Shown here piece after piece: positions 58,323 to 64,000 of a DNA stretch of 64,000 bases; the first letter of the stretch is position 1, and the number at the start of each line of letters is the position of its first letter. The translations under genes were made by a program, and so were the position numbers. Origin of the DNA: Elsinoe ampelina (lineage: Eukaryota); the NCBI GenBank assembly GCA_010093995.1, contig ML992504.1:744001-808000 (forward strand). The letters run 5' to 3'. The notes under the pieces are model-generated. The model was not told where the DNA came from. It made no database searches and saw nothing but the letters and a program-made list of their open reading frames with translations.

Positions 58323-59657
58323 ATGGCTCCCACCTGCGCCCTCTGCCCCTCCCGCCCCATCATCCTCCGCCCCTCCAACCACCAACGCCTCTGCGCCCCC
58401 TGCTTCCTCCGCACCTTCGAAGACCTCGTCCACCACACCATCACCACCTCCTCCCTTTTCCGCCCCGGCGAACGCATCGCCATCGGCGCCTCCGGCGGCA
58501 AAGACTCGTGCGTCCTCGCCTCGGTCCTCTCGACGCTCAACAAGCGCCACTCCCTCGGCCTCGAGCTCATCCTCCTCTCCATCGACGAAGGCATCACGGG
58601 CTACCGCGACCACAGCCTCGACGCCGTACGCCGCAACGCCGCCGCCCTCGACCTGCCCCTGCATATCCTCAGCTACGCAGAGCTCTACGGCTGGTCCATG
58701 GACCAAGTCGTCGCGCAGATCGGCAAGAAGGGCAATTGCACCTACTGCGGCGTCTTCCGCCGGCAAGCGCTAGATCGGGGCGCGAGTCGGCTGGGCGTGA
58801 GGCATGTAGTGACGGGGCACAACGCGGACGACGTCGCGGAGACTGTGGTGATGAATTTGCTGCGCGGGGACGTGGCGCGGTTGGGGAGGGGCACGAGTAT
58901 ACTGACGCAGACGGCGGGTGGGGTGGAGAAGAGCGAGACGGGAGAGGTCGAGGTGACGGATGTGAAGCGGAGTAAGCCGCTCATGTATGCGTATGAGAAG
59001 GAAATTGTGCTGTATGCCCATCATAAGAAGCTGGATTACTTTTCGACAGAGTGTATTTACTCGCCGGAAGCGTTTAGGGGGTCGGCGAGGACATTGATTA
59101 AGAATTTGGAGAGAATTAGGCCGGAGAGTATATTGGATATTGTGAGGAGTGGGGTGGATATGGCGGCTTTGGTGCCGGATGGGGAGGGGATGTGTGCTGG
59201 AGCTTGTGCGGACAAGGGAGGGAAGAAGGCGGGGCCGAGGATAGCGGTGGACGAGGAGGATGACGGGAATGGAGGCTGCGGGAATGGTCCTGGGGCAGGG
59301 ACGGGTGGGCAGATGAGAGAGATGGAGAAGAGGCTTGTAGAGGAGGAGAGGGCGAGGGAGCTTGGAATCGAGGTGGATGTGTCGAGTCGGCCAGCCAATG
59401 GAAGTGCTCCGGTGCTGGTCGACGGACACGAGAAGGGGAATGGTAATGCAACAATCACGACGGTACCCATACGGCCTAAGAAGAAGAGGCAGACGGCCGA
59501 CACGGCTTCACTGGCTTCAGTGCCGGAAAGGAAACTTGGCAAATGCGAACGCTGTGGATATCTTTCCTCGCAGCGGATATGCAAAGCCTGCGTCCTCCTC
59601 GAAGGACTCAACAAGGCACGGCCAAAAGCCCCAATAGCCGTAGAGCTCAATGGATAA
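58323..59657 (+). CDS. NCS6: Cytoplasmic tRNA 2-thiolation protein 1
   Basis: N-terminal CxxC..CxxC, PP-loop [50 protein letters not shown], and C-terminal CERCGY..CKAC. Confidence 0.96.
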   Translation: MAPTCALCPSRPIILRPSNHQRLCAPCFLRTFEDLVHHTITTSSLFRPGERIAIGASGGKDSCVLASVLSTLNKRHSLGLELILLSIDEGITGYRDHSLDAVRRNAAALDLPLHILSYAELYGWSMDQVVAQIGKKGNCTYCGVFRRQALDRGASRLGVRHVVTGHNADDVAETVVMNLLRGDVARLGRGTSILTQTAGGVEKSETGEVEVTDVKRSKPLMYAYEKEIVLYAHHKKLDYFSTECIYSPEAFRGSARTLIKNLERIRPESILDIVRSGVDMAALVPDGEGMCAGACADKGGKKAGPRIAVDEEDDGNGGCGNGPGAGTGGQMREMEKRLVEEERARELGIEVDVSSRPANGSAPVLVDGHEKGNGNATITTVPIRPKKKRQTADTASLASVPERKLGKCERCGYLSSQRICKACVLLEGLNKARPKAPIAVELNG

Positions 59658-59716
59658 AACCATACTGTCTCCGGACGCCTCGCTATAAACCCTCTCCCTA
59701 TTCCCATTCCTCCCCT

Positions 59717-60358
59717 CTACCCCGCCGCCTCCTTCACCTTCCCCTGCTCCGGCGGCTCATCGATAAACTGCGGCGGCGCGCCCTCTGTCAGAAAACTCGG
59801 CACCGCGCCCTCACTCTCAAACTCGCCCCCCAACTCCACCTCCTCCCCCAACGCCTCCAGTTCCGCATCCAGCTCCGCCTCATCCACCTCTTCCGGCAGA
59901 TCATAACTCCGACTTATACTCTCCTGGATCTCATTCCCCACCTCCATGAGATCCGCCATCTCATCCTGCAGCTTATCAATCTTGTCGATATCCACCTTGC
60001 CATACTGCTTCTTCAGCTCTTTCGTCGTCGTCTTCAGCGCGTCCACCGTCGCCATCGTGTTGCGCAGGTTATCCTGCATCATCCCCGCTTGCTCCATGTT
60101 CCAGGACTGCGACATGAGTTGGTCTTTCTGGGCTTCGTATTGGCGGCGTCGTTCGAGGAGGCCGCGCGCCCGTTGTTTGATGGCGTTTTTGCCGGGTCCG
60201 TCGCGCATGCGCGAGAGTTTTTGTTGGTAGGTGGAGAGTTCGGCGTTGAGTTTGCTGATTTGTACGTCGATGCTGTCGAGGCGGGTTTGGACGTTGGTGA
60301 TGGCGTCGTTGAGGGAGGGTTTGGGGGCGGTGGAGCGGGCGCCGAAGAGGCGGTTCAT
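59717..60358 (-). CDS. VPS60: ESCRT-III subunit Vps60/CHMP5
   Basis: MNRLFG..PKPSLNDAI..KLNAELS.Y..QSWNMEQA..NTMATVDALK..EIQESISRSY..DEAELDAELEAL. Confidence 0.95.
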   Translation of the reverse strand: MNRLFGARSTAPKPSLNDAITNVQTRLDSIDVQISKLNAELSTYQQKLSRMRDGPGKNAIKQRARGLLERRRQYEAQKDQLMSQSWNMEQAGMMQDNLRNTMATVDALKTTTKELKKQYGKVDIDKIDKLQDEMADLMEVGNEIQESISRSYDLPEEVDEAELDAELEALGEEVELGGEFESEGAVPSFLTEGAPPQFIDEPPEQGKVKEAAG

Positions 60359-60722
60359 GGTGGGTGGTCAGAATAGGGTTGGCAGGGCGAGGATGAAGGA
60401 GGTGATATGAGAGATTTGACTGCTTGTGGGAGGCTCAAGCTTCAGGCTGGCACGTCTGGATTATTTGGACCTGGAGAGTGGATGCCTGTAGAGCATCAGG
60501 AGGAGAGTTCACATGCGACTGACGTCGGTTGTGACCCTAACCCTAGTAACCAGCATTGCCCCTCACCTCACATGGTCTTGCTTCCGGTAACAACAGTACT
60601 CACAATTAAACATTATGTAGCATATTGAGATGAACCCAATCTAAGAAGCTCATACATCCGAGTCGTTCGAAGAGGTACGGGTTGGACAGCAAGAAGAACA
60701 TTTTTCTTCAAAGTTGCTCAAC

Positions 60723-61723
60723 ATGGCGTCGACCTCTATCATCCGGCGAGCATTGCTCTACGGTAAACACATCATGATAGCCATTGATATCCGCCGCTGA
60801 CACGCTTGACAGTCCCAGGTAGTTCCATGAGATTCCTCGACAAATCCCGAACCCTCAGCGTAGACAACGTCACCTACGACCTCGAAGACTCCGTCACCCC
60901 TGGCAAGAAGCCCGAAGCCCGATCCAACGTCCAAAAGTTCCTCTCACAAGACCGTCCCTCTTCAATCAAAGAACTCGCCGTCCGCATCAACAGTGTCGAT
61001 TCCGGCTTTGCTCTCGACGATCTGACTTCCGTTCTGAAAGCCAAGAACCTCGATGCACTGGTGATCCCCAAGGTAAACTCGGCATCAGATCTGCATTTCG
61101 CCACAGATGTCATACGGCATGCTTTGCCAGAACGACATGGGCCGAGCTCCAAGAATCCGCTGCGGCTTATTGCACTGATCGAATCTGCGAGGTCGATCAT
61201 GGACCTTAATGCCATCTGCAAGGCCTCGCCGTATCTCTCAGGCTTGATCTTCGCGGCGGAAGACTTTGCTCTCGACCTCAGTATCATCCGACAGCCAGAT
61301 CTGAAGGAGTTTCTGTACGCTCGAAGTGCAATCGCCACAGCTGCTACAGCGCATAATCTACCAAGCACGATCGATCTTGTGACAACGGCGTTCAGGGGCG
61401 AAGAAGGTCAGCGAACGCTCGAGGCCGAGAGCTTAGACGGGAAACGACTAGGCTTCAACGGCAAGCAATGTATCCATCCAAGCCAGGTCGAGATCGTGCA
61501 GAGAGTATTCGCACCCAGCGAAGAAGAAGTCGACTGGGCAGTCCGAGTCGTCATCGCCGACGAAAAGGCAGACAAACAAGGCCGAGGAGCCTGGACCTTG
61601 GACGGAAAAATGATCGACGTCCCCGTGGTGGGCAAAGCAAAAGCCCTCGTGAAGAAAGCCGAGCTCGCAGGCTTTGACATCCCCCAGATCAAGACCAAGT
61701 GGAAAGATCAAGAACCCGAATAG
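60723..61723 (+). CDS. Citrate lyase beta-like (CitE/CLYBL, HpcH/HpaI fold) protein; citramalyl-CoA lyase candidate
   Basis: Exon 1 MASTSIIRRALLY (60723-60762), intron 60763-60812, then VPGSS..YDLEDSV..AVRINS..IPKV..ALIESA..LIFAAEDF..GFNGKQCIHPSQV..GKMIDVP. Confidence 0.92.
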
Positions 61724-61776
61724 ATCCTCCCCCTTTCCCTCACCCGTCCACAATCCATAGATCTGCACTTCCACCC

Positions 61777-62916
61777 TCACGCCGCCTCCACCCCCGTATC
61801 CCGCCTGTACTCCACCGCCCTATGCCCCCTCTCCTGCCCAGGCCCCACCCCATGCCCATCCTTCCAACAGCCCGCACAGTACAGATCCCCCTCACACCCG
61901 AGACACTTTACCGTCGCGTCTTCGTTACAGATACAGCACCACGAATCAATGTCTTCGTCCGTGTACACAGGCAGATTCGACTTCTTCACCAGCCCGACCA
62001 CCTTCGGGGGCTTCTTGGAGGGGCTAAACTTTGGAGTATCAGGCAGTCCGAGACCGAGGTTGGCGAAGCGGGCCGAGAGGGCATCGTCCATGGCCGTAAG
62101 GTCAGCGGGGAGAGTAGGCAGGGCAGAAGGCGCGGAGGGGAGGTCGAGGGGGTCTTTGGCGGGGCTAGTGGAGGAGTCGTCTGGCTCCGAGGGTGTGATA
62201 GGCTCGTCGTACTTCCCCTCGATCTCTAGCTCGGCGAGGACGCGCGCGATGTAGTCTTCTGCGTCGCGCGAGTCTTGGTCGTCTTGCCGGCCGTCGTCTT
62301 CTTTCTCTTCGTCTTTGAGGCGGGCGTGGAAGTCGTCGAAGATGCCGTTGTTCGGGCCAGCGGGCTGCTCTGCGCCTGACGCGCTCTCTAGTCCTTCTTC
62401 CCCTTGCTGCACCTGGTCTGCCTTATCCGCTACGCTCTCCCCTGGTTCTACCCTGCCATCTCCATGTAGCGCTTGCCAGTCCTCTGGGAGAGCTTCCTTT
62501 GCTTCCCTCAACAGCCCCTCTACGTCCTTTGCTTCGTCCTTGCCTACGTCCCAGGTCGATTCTTCCCCGCCAAGCTCTTGTAGTAGCTCCTCCAAGGTGC
62601 GGTCATCTTCTTCGTTATGTGGGGTGTTTTCATGAGTAGCGTCTGGGAGACGGATAGAGCGATTGCCAGCGGCAGGGGAAGAAGTCGCGGAGGCTGGGTT
62701 TAATGCACGGAAGCGGGCGGCCAGATCATCTGAATTCGTGCCGTTGGATGCAGTCGACGGAGCTGTAGTGGAGAAGATGTCTGGCTGAGTGGGATCGGGT
62801 GAGGGCGGAGCTTTGGATATTGATGCTGGAGGAGAGAGAGAACGGGCCGTCGAGAGGTTGACGGAACTTGGTTTCAGAGCATTGAGGCGAGCAAGAAGAT
62901 CATCGTCTCTCGGCAT
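61777..62916 (-). CDS. ANCHR/ZFYVE19-like protein with a C-terminal B-box-type zinc finger and no FYVE domain
   Basis: C-terminal WCCICNEDATVKCLGCEGDLYCAGCWKDGH, acidic disordered body, and three D-x-L-x-A-R-(L/F)-x-x-L repeats. Confidence 0.8.
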   Translation of the reverse strand: MPRDDDLLARLNALKPSSVNLSTARSLSPPASISKAPPSPDPTQPDIFSTTAPSTASNGTNSDDLAARFRALNPASATSSPAAGNRSIRLPDATHENTPHNEEDDRTLEELLQELGGEESTWDVGKDEAKDVEGLLREAKEALPEDWQALHGDGRVEPGESVADKADQVQQGEEGLESASGAEQPAGPNNGIFDDFHARLKDEEKEDDGRQDDQDSRDAEDYIARVLAELEIEGKYDEPITPSEPDDSSTSPAKDPLDLPSAPSALPTLPADLTAMDDALSARFANLGLGLPDTPKFSPSKKPPKVVGLVKKSNLPVYTDEDIDSWCCICNEDATVKCLGCEGDLYCAGCWKDGHGVGPGQERGHRAVEYRRDTGVEAA

Positions 62917-63117
62917 AGTGATTTAGATGTCATGGTGAGGTGACCATTGTTGTGATTGGGAGACGGAAAATGGGAAGTCTATGGAGGGGCATGAGGCAGG
63001 TGCCCCGCTATCACAACCATGGAGGTTGATAGAACGGGTTTCACATCAAGTATCTTCAAGAACTGGGTTAGAAATGTCAGCGACGAAGGGAAATTCATTC
63101 ATTATCTGACGATCACA

Positions 63118-64000
63118 TTAATACACTCTCCACAGCCAGATAAACCATGCAAGTGCCGGACATGCAACCCAAAGCATGTCCTTCCTAAATGTGGCCAGGA
63201 AATGCATAGCAAAACCCCTCCTTCTCTTTTGTACAGGCTTCATTTCAAAGTCGAGCTCATCAATCCATGCGTCCTCGTCCTTTCGCTTGCCATAGTATCC
63301 AGCTTTGCTTATGAGCGGAACGCCTTGAAGCTCTACGTTGGTGGGTAGACCATAGTGACCGAGGGATCCATTGCCCGGGCTTACGCTTCTCGCTCTCGCA
63401 TTGTCTGATCGAGCCACCAGGAAACCATTGCCTTCTGAGTTTGCGGTACCATTGGCAGATCCGTTGCCGAGAGAATCGGCCCGGGATCGAGGCTTGTCCT
63501 TCTTCTTGTAGGCCTCCTGCTCCGTGACAGGTAAGACCGAGTCGATAGGCGTCCAGATGGGCTTGTTGCGTTCTCGCATCGTGATGATCGTAGAATGCAC
63601 AAGAAGTGTGAGAACCGTGACGGCAAAGTAGAACCCATACTGGATAAGGATAGCAAGCTGATCTGGCATCAAGCACAAATGAGTCTGCAGTGTTGGCATC
63701 CTGATCGCTTGTGGCGAGCCAGGTAAGGGATCTGCAAACTGGTTCACTGGGTTCCAGAGGCTGACCATCTGGAATCCTGGGCGACGAACACCCATAGCGA
63801 AGCTGATGCTCTTGACCGTGATTTCCTTGATACCACTTCCTGCTGAAGGATATCCTCGATGGACGAGTTCGCAGTAGTCGTGGTCGTCGCCGGAGAAGAT
63901 GTATGCGATGTTGCCTACTCGATCTGCAATCGTTTTGGACAATCCTTTGGAGAGCACGTTCTGGTACTGATACCCAGCAGCAACTCTGATAGCATTTCTC
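63118..64000 (-). CDS. CDC1: Cdc1/MPPE1-type metallophosphoesterase (GPI remodelling), 5' part outside the window
   Basis: GYQYQNVL..FSGDDHDYCELVH..EITVKSISFAMGVRRPGFQMVSLWNP..LCLMPDQL, then a TM helix and a hydrophobic C-terminus. Confidence 0.9.
   Translation of the reverse strand, partial: RNAIRVAAGYQYQNVLSKGLSKTIADRVGNIAYIFSGDDHDYCELVHRGYPSAGSGIKEITVKSISFAMGVRRPGFQMVSLWNPVNQFADPLPGSPQAIRMPTLQTHLCLMPDQLAILIQYGFYFAVTVLTLLVHSTIITMRERNKPIWTPIDSVLPVTEQEAYKKKDKPRSRADSLGNGSANGTANSEGNGFLVARSDNARARSVSPGNGSLGHYGLPTNVELQGVPLISKAGYYGKRKDEDAWIDELDFEMKPVQKRRRGFAMHFLATFRKDMLWVACPALAWFIWLWRVY

Noticed and set aside
59543..60376. 277-aa + strand ORF
   Set aside because: Antisense shadow of VPS60.

Overview
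Gene-dense, intron-containing DNA from a filamentous ascomycete (Pezizomycotina). Introns are short, of the GT..CTRAC..YAG type. A Eurotiomycete or black-yeast origin is my impression only. I can support about 25 protein-coding genes, mostly housekeeping: aldo-keto reductase (cut by the left edge), S10 serine carboxypeptidase, Zn2Cys6 transcription factor, farnesyltransferase beta, Dabb protein, a small spliced dsRBD-like protein, BRAP2/ETP1 E3, 3-unit polyubiquitin, LaeA-like methyltransferase, cytochrome P450, a 3-exon orphan-like gene, DUF1992 protein, Sam35/metaxin, beta-carbonic anhydrase, FWD-1/beta-TrCP, CDC24, SET protein, CDC14, GPI11, Pcl1-like cyclin, NCS6/CTU1, VPS60, CitE-like lyase, an ANCHR-like B-box protein and CDC1 (cut by the right edge). 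I found no tRNA, rRNA, CRISPR array, transposon or RIP signature. The main leads are: (i) about a dozen 0.4-1.1 kb domains that are C-rich on the left and G-rich on the right regardless of gene strand, one of them apparently intergenic; (ii) a FYVE-less ANCHR-like protein with three MIM1-like motifs two genes from VPS60; (iii) a splice junction in fwd-1 whose first CAG gives an immediate stop; (iv) two spliced genes that the ORF track only fragments. All calls come from reading the sequence by eye; no searches were run.
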